Source of the DNA: Candidatus Pacearchaeota archaeon UBA73
GTDB lineage: Archaea > Nanobdellota > Nanobdellia > Pacearchaeales > GW2011-AR1
Reading direction: 5' to 3'
Length of the DNA stretch: 64,000 bases
NCBI GenBank assembly: GCA_002496015.1
Contig: DAIF01000014.1
Coordinates: 891-64,890, forward strand
Below, piece after piece: positions 54,811 through 63,854 of this stretch. The position numbers and the translations under genes are program-made. The notes beneath the pieces are model-generated. The model worked only from the letters and a program-made list of their open reading frames with translations. It made no database searches and was not told the origin of the DNA. Positions within the stretch are counted from its first letter, which is position 1; every line of letters starts with the position of its first letter.

Positions 54811-55251
54811 CTATTCTAGGACAATTTCCAGAGCATAAATATCTTTGCATGGTCTGAGATAAACTCCTCCCTCGAGGTCTTCTCCCTCAACTCTTGGAAC
54901 TATTAAATATCTCCCTGGACTGAAATCGTGCTCCAATACCCAACGGTCGCTTAAACCTGGCGGCACGGACCGAACGATTTCTTCATACATATATAACTCC
55001 CCTTCGCCAAACCGTTTTATGTAAAAACCTTCGATCGGTAGATTGCCGAGATTGACGACCTCAAAATAATCGACACCTGGCTCTCGGATTATGTCGACGA
55101 CAAAATCAATCCCAAAACAGTCCAACTCAGGCTCAGGAGAGAATCTTATCACTTCATATCTCATGTTATTATAGATGACTCCCGCAAGAACGATTGCTAA
55201 TAATGTAAGTAAAACACTTGCGACTACCAGACTGACACCTCTTTTTTCCAT
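54811..55251 (-). CDS. Class III signal peptide (pilin-like) protein, third copy
   Basis: MEKRGVSLVVASVLLTLLAIVLAGVIY shows the same KRG plus hydrophobic helix architecture as the 13.2-14.2 kb pilin pair. Confidence 0.45.
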   Translation of the reverse strand: MEKRGVSLVVASVLLTLLAIVLAGVIYNNMRYEVIRFSPEPELDCFGIDFVVDIIREPGVDYFEVVNLGNLPIEGFYIKRFGEGELYMYEEIVRSVPPGLSDRWVLEHDFSPGRYLIVPRVEGEDLEGGVYLRPCKDIYALEIVLE

Positions 55252-55257
55252 AGTCAG

Positions 55258-55455
55258 TTATCTCTCCTGTAAAACTCGGGTAAGTTCTCGAACATAATCA
55301 AAATGCTCGCCAACCTGCTCTCGCGTGATTCCATTCCTTGAAACTTCAAGGAACGCTGCGTATCTAGCAGACGCAAGTTCGCTGGTTTTGGGATGGCAAC
55401 AAAAGATTTGATATTCATTGTCCAGAACTATTTTTAGATATACTAAATCCTCCAT
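55258..55455 (-). CDS. Hypothetical small protein
   Basis: A 65-aa ORF with no motif. Confidence 0.25.
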   Translation of the reverse strand: MEDLVYLKIVLDNEYQIFCCHPKTSELASARYAAFLEVSRNGITREQVGEHFDYVRELTRVLQER

Positions 55456-55498
55456 TAAAATAATGTAAGCATAGTTTTCTATTTAAGCTTTTGCATCA

Positions 55499-55774
55499 TT
55501 ACTTCTTTTTCTTTCTATCGTATCTTCTCCAAGCGGCAGAAACTTTCTTCGCTTTTCTGTCCAGTCTGCCAAGAAGGGATCTCCTTAAGTCGGCTGCTTT
55601 TACGACTTTCTTCTTGCGATAAAGCTCGATCACAGGTTCAGCAACCTCTTCAACCAATTCCTTGGTTTTCTTGGGGTTAAGACCTGCTTCCTTCGCAGCT
55701 CTCTCAACAGAAGTCCTTATCTTCCTAGGAAGAAAAGTCTGTTTTTTACCGCTTTTTTTCACCACTTTTGCCAT
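55499..55774 (-). CDS. ATP-cone domain protein
   Basis: MAKVVKKSGKKQTFLPRKIRTSVERAAKEAG matches the ATP-cone N-terminal pattern (VIKR.G..E.F...KI). Basic tail. Confidence 0.5.
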   Translation of the reverse strand: MAKVVKKSGKKQTFLPRKIRTSVERAAKEAGLNPKKTKELVEEVAEPVIELYRKKKVVKAADLRRSLLGRLDRKAKKVSAAWRRYDRKKKK

Positions 55775-55924
55775 GTGAAAATTAAGCATAAGAAGTATAT
55801 AAATCTTCGGATGCTTTCGTTTTGTCCGAAGCTGATTTTATGATTCCACAGACTTCGAATGCAACAAGAACCTTATCTGTTCCTCTAGTTATAATGTTCT
55901 CAGGGCTGTGCAAATCCCTCCCCA

Positions 55925-55985
55925 AATTTAGGTAAAACCAACAGACTCCGGACAAAGCCCTCGCCCCAAACATTTTATAAACTTT
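55925..55985. repeat. Repeat family fragment, reverse orientation
   Basis: The reverse complement AAAATGTTTGGGGCGAGGGCTTTGTCCGGAGTCTGTTGGTTTTACCTAAATTTGGGG matches 62445-62490 nearly base for base. Confidence 0.6.
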
Positions 55986-56002
55986 ATCGCCTCCCCGTCA
56001 AC

Positions 56003-56413
56003 ATGGAAAAATTTGAATTCCTCCCTCACACTTCAGAAATAAAATTTCGGGCTTACGGCTCAACCCTCAATGAAGTCTACGAAAACGCAGTTCTCGCAGT
56101 AGCGTCCGTCATCGCAAAAGACAACTCACTCAAACCGGCAAAAGCGAAAACGCTCCAAATCGCCGGAACAGACAAAGAAAACCTTTTATACAAATTAATC
56201 GAAGAACAAATTTCTCTGATTGACTCAGAAAATTTCGTCACAGCAAAAGCGGAAATCCAAGTTCTAGGCAACAACCTCAAAATCACATTCTACGGCGATG
56301 ACGCAAAAAATTACTCTGGCTTGGATGAAATAAAATCCCCGACTTACGCGGAAATTTATGTCAAAGAAACTCCCGAACACCGCTGGGAATTACAGATGGT
56401 GCTTGACGTATGA
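56003..56413 (+). CDS. Archease
   Basis: FLPHTSEIKFRAYGSTLNEVYENAVLA is an archease N-terminal signature. It is in an operon with rtcB. Confidence 0.85.
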   Translation: MEKFEFLPHTSEIKFRAYGSTLNEVYENAVLAVASVIAKDNSLKPAKAKTLQIAGTDKENLLYKLIEEQISLIDSENFVTAKAEIQVLGNNLKITFYGDDAKNYSGLDEIKSPTYAEIYVKETPEHRWELQMVLDV

Positions 56414-57006
56414 GAATTAAAACAATAATCTTCGACTGGGGAGGAGTTTTAATAGACAACCCTTCTGACGACCTTTTCAATTTCCTTGCGATTCAGCTTG
56501 AAACCTCAGTTGAAGAAATAAGAAAACACACAACGAATTATATAGAATCGTTTCAAAAAGGAGAAATAGAAGAAAGAAAAATATTCGAAAAATTCCTTAA
56601 ATCCCCCTTGGAAAAAAGTATGTGGAAAAAAGCAGTTCAGACAACATTCAAAAACCGCCCCGCGATGTGGGAACTAGTCTCAGATCTCAGAAAAAAAGGT
56701 TTCAAAACTGCTCTGCTTTCAAACACAGAAAACCCTACAGTAGAACATTTCATCGAACAACAATACGACAAATATTTCGACACAATGATTTTCTCCTGCC
56801 ACGAAGGCATAACAAAACCCTCTCCTGAAATATATAAAATAGCCCTAGAAAAAACGAACTCTCTCCCTAAAGAAACCATCTTCATCGACGACCTGAAAGA
56901 AAACACTGACGCAGCCGAAAAACTCGGCATGAAAACCGTTCTCTTCACTTCTGAACAGGAATGCATCGATTCCCTCAACAGAATTCTAAAAAATCAAAAC
57001 CCTTAA
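56410..57006 (+). CDS. HAD-superfamily hydrolase (subfamily IA)
   Basis: Motif I IIFDWGGVL, S/T motif II and a K...DD motif (FIDDLKEN). Confidence 0.75.
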   Translation: MRIKTIIFDWGGVLIDNPSDDLFNFLAIQLETSVEEIRKHTTNYIESFQKGEIEERKIFEKFLKSPLEKSMWKKAVQTTFKNRPAMWELVSDLRKKGFKTALLSNTENPTVEHFIEQQYDKYFDTMIFSCHEGITKPSPEIYKIALEKTNSLPKETIFIDDLKENTDAAEKLGMKTVLFTSEQECIDSLNRILKNQNP

Positions 57007-57030
57007 AACTTCCTTCTCCCAGTTAATCAT

Positions 57031-58428
57031 ATGACAAACACCCACATCATAGAAAAAAAAGGCAAGATGCTCGTTCCCGGAGTAGTCTTCGCCTCCCCGG
57101 AATTATTCGAAAAAATCTCGCAGGATAAAACTCTCGAGCAAGTAAAAAACGTAGCCTGCCTTCCGGGAATCGTAGAAAAATCTATCGCAATGCCCGACGC
57201 TCACCAAGGTTACGGCTTCCCGGTCGGAGGCGTTGCAGCCTTCGATATCAAAGAAGGAATAATCTCTCCAGGCGGGATAGGTTATGATATAAATTGTGGC
57301 GTCCGCCTCCTTCGCACAAATCTCGACAAAAAAGAATTCCTCAAAAAAAGAACTTTCATCCTTAAAGAACTCGACGACAACATTCCAAGTGGAGTAGGCC
57401 GCGGCTCAGAGTTAAAACTTTCAGAAAAAGACCTTAATGATATCCTACTCGAGGGCGCCAACTGGTGTCTCGAAAAAGGGTATGCAACAGAAGAAGATAT
57501 CTCTCACACTGAAGATTCCGGATGTATAAAAAACGCCAATCCAAAAAAAGTTTCTCAAAAAGCAAAAGCGAGAGGGAAATCACAACTAGGAACGCTCGGC
57601 GCAGGCAACCACTTCCTCGAAATCCAGTTCGTAGAAGATATCAAAAACGAAAATGTTGCAAAAACGTTCGGGCTCAAAAAAGACCAAATCGTAATCCTAA
57701 TTCATACCGGCTCCCGCGGCTTAGGTCATCAGACTGCCTCAGATTATATCCAAAAAATGGAACGCCTTTACGGGTACGAACATCTGCCAGACAGAGAACT
57801 CGCCTGCGCACCACTCGAATCCGAGCTAGGTAAAGAATACCTCGAAGCAATGGCTGCCGTCGCGAACTTCGCCTTTGCAAATCGTCAAATCATAACTCAC
57901 AACGTCAGACAATCTTTCAAAAAATATTTTGAAAAAATAAAAATCGAAGTCCTCTACGACGTAGCGCACAATATCGCAAAATTTGAAGAATTCGAAATCG
58001 AAGGAAAAAAACAAACGTTCTGCGTCCACAGAAAAGGCGCAACCCGCTCATTCGGTCCCGGAAGAAAAGAACTTCCTGAAGATTATCAAGAAGTAGGTCA
58101 ACCAATTTTAATCCCTGGCTCGATGGGAACATCCTCTTACGTTTTATCCGGAACAAAAGAAGCGGAAAAAATTTCATTTGCTTCAACTGCCCACGGCGCC
58201 GGCCGCGTCCTCTCGCGAACAAAAGCAAAACAATCCATTATCCCAGAACAAGTCAGAAACCAACTAAAACAGAATAACATTGAAATCCGCGCCGGCTCCC
58301 AAAAAGGTCTCGTCGAAGAAGCCCCGCAGGCTTACAAGGACGTAGATGAAGTCGTAAAAGTTTCAGACGAATTAGGCATTGGAAAAATCGTAGCCAAACT
58401 CAAACCTCTTGCGGTTATCAAAGGATGA
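57031..58428 (+). CDS. rtcB: RNA-splicing ligase RtcB
   Basis: GYDINCGVRLL, GAGNHFLE, and His-rich metal sites (VAHNI, HRKGA). Confidence 0.9.
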   Translation: MTNTHIIEKKGKMLVPGVVFASPELFEKISQDKTLEQVKNVACLPGIVEKSIAMPDAHQGYGFPVGGVAAFDIKEGIISPGGIGYDINCGVRLLRTNLDKKEFLKKRTFILKELDDNIPSGVGRGSELKLSEKDLNDILLEGANWCLEKGYATEEDISHTEDSGCIKNANPKKVSQKAKARGKSQLGTLGAGNHFLEIQFVEDIKNENVAKTFGLKKDQIVILIHTGSRGLGHQTASDYIQKMERLYGYEHLPDRELACAPLESELGKEYLEAMAAVANFAFANRQIITHNVRQSFKKYFEKIKIEVLYDVAHNIAKFEEFEIEGKKQTFCVHRKGATRSFGPGRKELPEDYQEVGQPILIPGSMGTSSYVLSGTKEAEKISFASTAHGAGRVLSRTKAKQSIIPEQVRNQLKQNNIEIRAGSQKGLVEEAPQAYKDVDEVVKVSDELGIGKIVAKLKPLAVIKG

Positions 58429-58512
58429 ATCACCCAAAAAATAATGAGGAAGCAAGAAATTCTGTAACTATGAAAGGCGCGTTTCTAGCGCAAATCACGA
58501 AGACAAAAAGGG

Positions 58513-59124
58513 CTAACCTTCCAATAACACTGAAATTTCTTCCCAAGTATAAACTCTTCTGACTCCTTCAGGCATAATTTCCAAAGGTCCTAATTGATTC
58601 CAAAGATGCATTCCATTGTAATCATAAAGCAGAACCTGTGTTCTGGGCGAAGCCGTTCTAATTTCCCGAGCGTGTTCCAAAGAATCTTCTACCATATAAT
58701 CAACACCAATATCTCTACACAAAGTTCCTTTCGTTCTGCCATGCCTGATTTTCGTGTCAAAACTTTGTCCAGTCAGATAGAGTTCTGAAAAAACTTCTGG
58801 GAAAGTTCGTTCAATACTTTGCAAGGTCGTATCTCGCAAATTTACCGGTCTGGAACTAATTGCAACAATATTGTAAATTTCAGCAAGTCTCTGAAGAACT
58901 TCCCTCGCGCCAGGCATCGGCTGCAACGAAATTAAATTTGTAGTGTTAAACTCTTCAAACCTCTTTTGTAACTCGTCGGCAGAACAACCTATCAACCCAG
59001 GGAGGTCATAACGAACAACATCCGCTCGACTTAATGTCGTGCCATGCCTCTTGTTATGCCATTCAAAAAAAGGACCAATTAAATCAAAACTTGTCTCATC
59101 TAAATCAACTCCTATTATTCCCAT
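58513..59124 (-). CDS. HAD-like 5'(3')-deoxyribonucleotidase-family protein
   Basis: DxDxT motif IGVDLDET and the NT5C-like size of about 200 aa. Confidence 0.5.
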   Translation of the reverse strand: MGIIGVDLDETSFDLIGPFFEWHNKRHGTTLSRADVVRYDLPGLIGCSADELQKRFEEFNTTNLISLQPMPGAREVLQRLAEIYNIVAISSRPVNLRDTTLQSIERTFPEVFSELYLTGQSFDTKIRHGRTKGTLCRDIGVDYMVEDSLEHAREIRTASPRTQVLLYDYNGMHLWNQLGPLEIMPEGVRRVYTWEEISVLLEG

Positions 59125-59215
59125 AAACTGAGTCTATAAAGATCCTTTATAACTATTTATATTCAAAACAACAATTTTAAAAACATACAATTACTTATTA
59201 ACATAAGTAAGCGAC

Positions 59216-59986
59216 ATGAAACCTAAAGTTATCATCTTTGAAGATGCTCAGGAAATTTCTAAATACGCAGTAGAACTAATCAAAAATGAGCTCGATAAAA
59301 AATCAAATCTCGTTCTTGGACTTCCGACCGGCAAGACCGTTATCCCGATTTACAGTGAACTTGTCAAAGCCCACGAAGAAAAAATGGTGAATCTCTCCAA
59401 AACGAAAGTTTTCGACCTCGACGAATACATAGGACTAAAACCTGAGCAAAAAGAAAGCTTTGAATACTTCCTGAATAAAAATCTGTTCACTCGGATAAAA
59501 ATCCCTGAAAAAAACCTGAACTTCATCAAAGGCACAGCAATAAACCTGACAAAAGAATGTGAAGAATATGAACAGAAAATAAAAAAAGCCGGCGGAATAG
59601 ATTTAATGATTCTTGGCATTGGCGCCAACGGCCACATCGCGTTCAACGAACCTGGCTCTCCGTTCGACAGCAGAACTCGTGAAATTATACTTACATACAG
59701 CACCAAAGCAGCCAACTTCGGCAAGATTTATTCTCTCATCAAAGCGCCAAAACGCGCCCTCACCATCGGCATCGCAACAATTATTGAATCAAAAAAGATA
59801 ATACTTATCGCAACAGGAAAACGCAAAGCTAAAGCAGTCAAAGAGACGTTAGAATCCCCTCCAAACACAAAATGCCCCGCTTCAGCCCTCCAAAATCACT
59901 CAGACGTTACGATTCTGCTGGACAAAGCCGCCGCAAACTTACTAAAGGAAAAAAAAGATGGTATCCCTAAACAAAATCTTAACTAA
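59216..59986 (+). CDS. nagB: Glucosamine-6-phosphate deaminase/isomerase (NagB family)
   Basis: GLPTGKT and ILGIGANGHIAFNEPGS motifs. Confidence 0.8.
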   Translation: MKPKVIIFEDAQEISKYAVELIKNELDKKSNLVLGLPTGKTVIPIYSELVKAHEEKMVNLSKTKVFDLDEYIGLKPEQKESFEYFLNKNLFTRIKIPEKNLNFIKGTAINLTKECEEYEQKIKKAGGIDLMILGIGANGHIAFNEPGSPFDSRTREIILTYSTKAANFGKIYSLIKAPKRALTIGIATIIESKKIILIATGKRKAKAVKETLESPPNTKCPASALQNHSDVTILLDKAAANLLKEKKDGIPKQNLN

Positions 59987-60710
59987 AGGCAAAGCTCTCT
60001 ACTTAGCTTACGATCAGGGCATGGAGCACGGCCCAGTTGACTTCAACGACAAAAACGTCAACCCAAACTATATAATCCAAATCGCAAAAGAAGGAAAATA
60101 CAACGCCATGATTTTCCAAAAGGGTATAGCCGAAAAATACCAAAAAGAAATCCGCGCTTCAAAAATTCCATTAATACTCAAGTTAAACGGCAAGACAAGT
60201 TTAAGAAAAGGTGAACCCATCTCGACTCAGCTATGCACCGTGCAGGAAGCCATAAATCTCGGCGCGAAAGCAGTCGGCTACACTATCTACATCGGTAGCG
60301 AGCACGAGGATATGATGTTCAAGGAATTCGAAAAAATCCAAATCAACGCCCACGCCCGCAACCTCCCGGTCATCGCCTGGATATATCCGAGAGGAAAAGG
60401 CACAGAAAAAAAATCCCACTCCGAACTTCTCGCTTACGCCTGTCGCGTCGGTCTGGAAATAGGCGCAGACATTGTCAAAGTCCATTGGGACGGTAAAAAT
60501 TCCAAAGAACTTATTTGGGCAGTCAAGGCAGCAGGAAGAACAAAAGTCGTAATTGCCGGCGGTTCTAAAAAAACAGAAACCGAACTCCTCAAAGAGACGC
60601 ATGAAGCCATGCAATCAGGTTGCATCGGTCTCGCGATAGGCAGAAACATCTGGCAATCTGAAACCCCAATAGAACTCACAAAAAAACTCAAGAAAGTTAT
60701 CTGGAACTAA
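59958..60710 (+). CDS. fba: Class I fructose-bisphosphate aldolase, archaeal DhnA/FbaB type
   Basis: ALYLAYDQGMEHGP, a Schiff-base lysine region (ADIVKVHW) and a TIM-barrel pattern. It overlaps nagB by 29 nt. Confidence 0.75.
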   Translation: MVSLNKILTKGKALYLAYDQGMEHGPVDFNDKNVNPNYIIQIAKEGKYNAMIFQKGIAEKYQKEIRASKIPLILKLNGKTSLRKGEPISTQLCTVQEAINLGAKAVGYTIYIGSEHEDMMFKEFEKIQINAHARNLPVIAWIYPRGKGTEKKSHSELLAYACRVGLEIGADIVKVHWDGKNSKELIWAVKAAGRTKVVIAGGSKKTETELLKETHEAMQSGCIGLAIGRNIWQSETPIELTKKLKKVIWN

Positions 60711-60905
60711 TCAATCAGAAAACATTCAATACCTCTTTCCAACCCTGCTTATCATCATAATTGAACTCAAACTTCTTCCCCGCAAAAACCACAATAACAT
60801 TCCTCCTACCCCAAAAATTTGCATACCACCATTTGATGCTCTCAGATAGCTTTTCAATATCTCGCTCAGAAATCAAAACCGTATAAAAGACTCCCTTGAA
60901 TTCAG

Positions 60906-61649
60906 TTATCCCTTCTTAGCCCGCAAGATTATCCCGACGACAAAAAGCACAAGCCCCAAAACGAAAAGCGAAGTAACCCCGAAAGCCGAACCCACAACCG
61001 CGGCAGTCATAGTAAAACCGGAAAGTAACATTAAAACCGCCCCAACCGCCATAAGCAACCAAACCGCCGCGACTCTCGTCTCAAGCTCGCTCAGATGTTT
61101 TCTTGCATGCTTCACCATTCTTTCTTGTCTCTCCCCAACCCTTCCCCTAATAGTCTTATACTCGTGCTCATTAAGAATCCCCTCTTCATATGCGTCCTCT
61201 ATGACTCGCCCATACTTTCTGTCTAACTCCATCAGCTTAGACCCTGCCGCAACAAGATACGCTCCAATGCTCGGGTTCTTGCCTTCAGCCAACCGCTCCG
61301 CACTATACGCCAAAGTTGTACCTATAACATCCTCTGGAACACCATCCTCCTTCAGCTGATTATAAAACATCACTGCATTTCTTTCATGAAGTATCCGCAG
61401 CATCGGCTCCTTGGCTTCATCGGGCACCCTTGAAAGAGAATGCCTCACCACTTGCTTATAGCTGTGGGGGTCAACAGGTTCGACAACCCCCAACCTTTCC
61501 CTCTTTATCAACAGCTCGTTCATAATGCCCTCTCCTCCGGGGACTGTTGTCATACATCCCATTATCCTCAAGATCCTCCGAACTCGCGACCCTAAGATGA
61601 GGAACATCCTCACTTCCCGGACCACGACGTCCTCTTCTCGAGCCCGCAC
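60906..61649 (-). CDS. Hypothetical membrane protein with a C-terminal two-TM anchor
   Basis: A soluble helical N-domain followed by VAAVWLLMAVGAVLMLL and LFVLGLVLFVVGIIL. The start may be the internal MNELLIK. Confidence 0.35.
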   Translation of the reverse strand: MRAREEDVVVREVRMFLILGSRVRRILRIMGCMTTVPGGEGIMNELLIKRERLGVVEPVDPHSYKQVVRHSLSRVPDEAKEPMLRILHERNAVMFYNQLKEDGVPEDVIGTTLAYSAERLAEGKNPSIGAYLVAAGSKLMELDRKYGRVIEDAYEEGILNEHEYKTIRGRVGERQERMVKHARKHLSELETRVAAVWLLMAVGAVLMLLSGFTMTAAVVGSAFGVTSLFVLGLVLFVVGIILRAKKG

Positions 61650-61720
61650 CTTCTTTTACACTAGGCATAGCTTTAATAATCAAACCTCGTTTAAATATTT
61701 ATCCATAAAAAAGCTCTGTT

Positions 61721-61800
61721 GAAAAAATCGGAAATACGCAGCCCAATCTGGATGTGGTCGGGGCGCTGAAAAGTGGGGCGCAAAAAGATTTTAAGAGCCA
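61721..61800. repeat. Family B MITE-like repeat copy (5' portion)
   Basis: AAGCTCTGTTGAAAAAATCGGAAATACGCAG... shares the 5' module with 33227 and 41407. Confidence 0.5.
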
Positions 61801-62465
61801 ATAAAAAGAGCATGATAATCATAAACTTCAAAAATTACGTTGCAGGGAAAAAATCCCTCGCTCTCGCAAAACTTATTGAAAAGCATTTCTCAAGGGCAAT
61901 CATCGCAGTTCCCGCGGTAGACATAAAAGAACTCCATGAAAAAACAAAACTCCGCATATTTGCCCAACACTTAGATGCAATTGACGGTCGCGCGACCGGC
62001 TTCCTCCTGCCTGAAACCGCAAGAGCTGTCGGAGCTTCCGGCACACTTCTAAACCATTCAGAACACCCACTGCCCTTCAGGATTCTAAAAACCGCGGTCT
62101 CAAGAACGCACAAAGCCGGACTAAAGATTGTAATCTGCGCACCTTCAATAAAAGAAGCAAAAAAACTCGCATCCCTCAAACCGGAAGCCATCGCATTTGA
62201 AGACCCAAAACTCATCGGCTCCGGCAAATCAATAACTGAATACCGCGCTGACGAAGTAAAAAAATTCGCCCAACTTTTCCGGCACTCAAAAATCGTCCCA
62301 CTATGCGGCGCAGGCATTAATAAAATTGAAGACGTCAAAGCTGCACACGACTTGGGCTGTCACGGCGTCTTGATCGCAAGCGCAATCGCCGCAGCTCCGC
62401 CAAAAAAAACAAAAGATTTTTTGAGAGAACTCGGGCTTTGTCCGGAGTCTGTTGGTTTTACCTAA
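61773..62465 (+). CDS. tpiA: Triosephosphate isomerase (archaeal short type)
   Basis: IIINFKNY start, catalytic His in LLNHSEH, catalytic Glu in AFEDPKLIGSG, and GAGI near the C-terminus. Confidence 0.9.
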   Translation: MGRKKILRANKKSMIIINFKNYVAGKKSLALAKLIEKHFSRAIIAVPAVDIKELHEKTKLRIFAQHLDAIDGRATGFLLPETARAVGASGTLLNHSEHPLPFRILKTAVSRTHKAGLKIVICAPSIKEAKKLASLKPEAIAFEDPKLIGSGKSITEYRADEVKKFAQLFRHSKIVPLCGAGINKIEDVKAAHDLGCHGVLIASAIAAAPPKKTKDFLRELGLCPESVGFT

Positions 62466-62580
62466 ATTTGGGGCGGGATGATTGGGGTGGACAGGGTGGG
62501 ATTCGACGACAGTCGAAGTCTGTGGGAATCGTAAAATCAACCGAAAAATCAACTCCGGACAAAGCCAGAACTCGCTAAAA
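62440..62580. repeat. Composite copy of the repeat family (GGCTTTGTCCGGAGTCTGTTGG... core plus GTCTGTGGGAATCGTAAAATCAA module)
   Basis: It contains modules that recur at 55925-55985 (reverse complement), 41445-41510, 6480-6510 (reverse complement) and 39875-39900. Confidence 0.6.
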
Positions 62581-62609
62581 TATAAAAACCTTCCACTCCT
62601 TTCCAAACC

Positions 62610-63245
62610 ATGAAATTACGGGGCGATTTTAAGAAAGAGCTGGAAAGAAAACGTTTCAGAGTGAGCATCTTCGGTTCTGCAAGAATTAAAAAGAACGACA
62701 AGAACTACAAGTTAGTCCACGAACTCGCAAAAATGCTCGGCGCAAGAGGAATCGACGTAATCACGGGCGGCGGTCCAGGCATCATGGAAGCTGCAAACAC
62801 AGGCCATAATGCCGGCTCTCAAAAAACGCACGCAAAATCGTTCGGCCTCAACATTTATCTCCCGCACGAACAAAAACTCAACGAAGGCGTCCAAGTCGAA
62901 AAAAGATTCAGAAGATTCTCTCAACGGCTCGACAACTTCATGCTCCTTTCTAATGCTGTCGTAGTAGCAGAAGGCGGCGTCGGAACCCTCCTCGAACTTC
63001 TTTACACATGGCAGGTTCTCCAAGTAAAACACATCCAATACATTCCAATAATCCTCGTAGGTAAACAATGGGTCGGCTTGCTCGAATGGCTCCGCGACGA
63101 ACCCCTCCGGAGAGGCTACTTCGACAAACGCGACTTCCAGCTGCTCTTCCACGCCGAAAACCTTAAAGAAGTCCTAAAAATAATTGACGCCGCCCATGAC
63201 CAGTATAGATCAGGAAATGGCCACGATTTCGTGCTGAGATACTAA
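62610..63245 (+). CDS. LOG-family (lysine-decarboxylase-like / TIGR00730) protein
   Basis: VSIFGSARI...VITGGGPGIMEAAN and VVAEGGVGTLLEL (GGxGTxxE) motifs. Confidence 0.8.
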   Translation: MKLRGDFKKELERKRFRVSIFGSARIKKNDKNYKLVHELAKMLGARGIDVITGGGPGIMEAANTGHNAGSQKTHAKSFGLNIYLPHEQKLNEGVQVEKRFRRFSQRLDNFMLLSNAVVVAEGGVGTLLELLYTWQVLQVKHIQYIPIILVGKQWVGLLEWLRDEPLRRGYFDKRDFQLLFHAENLKEVLKIIDAAHDQYRSGNGHDFVLRY

Positions 63246-63434
63246 TTATTTAAGTATGACTCTATTAAAATCGCCTGCAATTTTTGCAAAGGCATATAAC
63301 AATTTGCTCTGCACTTCGTCTCTGTCTGCCGGGCTGGCAGTTAGCCCCTGGCTAGCAGCTTCACCAATGACTCTCAAAGTTTGAACAGCATAATTACAAT
63401 AGCCCTCAAGTCCACCAACTGGCGCAAAAAAGGC

Positions 63435-63854
63435 CTATCTGACTTGATCATCCGCGAGTTCGTCCGGAAAAACTTCATTGGCCTTAGCCCTTACAGAATT
63501 TACTATACCCCTAAGAGTGCGAAAGGATTCGAGAAATGGCTCAACATACTCGTTGCGGACATCTTCGGGAAGGGTAAGGAAATACAACGCTTCGTCACCA
63601 ATATATCCCTCAAAAGCATTCCAAGCTGTCGAAAAAAACCGCCCCATAGACTCGCTAAGCATCTCGGGTGAAAAAGGATCCGTTCCGGAAACATCCACCA
63701 TCTCTAAATACTCTTCCAGGATTCCTGCTTCATCCAACCTCTCAGAAATCTTCTGCTTAAATTGAAAAGCTACCTCAGGTGTATAGTTTCTTCTAATCTG
63801 ATCAGCATACCATCTATCTAGTCTATTCAATGCATATTCTCTTGAAACTGCCAT
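63435..63854 (-). CDS. Hypothetical acidic protein
   Basis: A 139-aa ORF. I preferred it over the overlapping plus-strand ORF 63381-63671 on composition grounds only. Confidence 0.35.
   Translation of the reverse strand: MAVSREYALNRLDRWYADQIRRNYTPEVAFQFKQKISERLDEAGILEEYLEMVDVSGTDPFSPEMLSESMGRFFSTAWNAFEGYIGDEALYFLTLPEDVRNEYVEPFLESFRTLRGIVNSVRAKANEVFPDELADDQVR

Noticed and set aside
63381-63671. Plus-strand 96-aa ORF overlapping the minus-strand 139-aa ORF
   Set aside because: Only one is likely real. The minus-strand product has more protein-like composition, and neither is functionally assignable.
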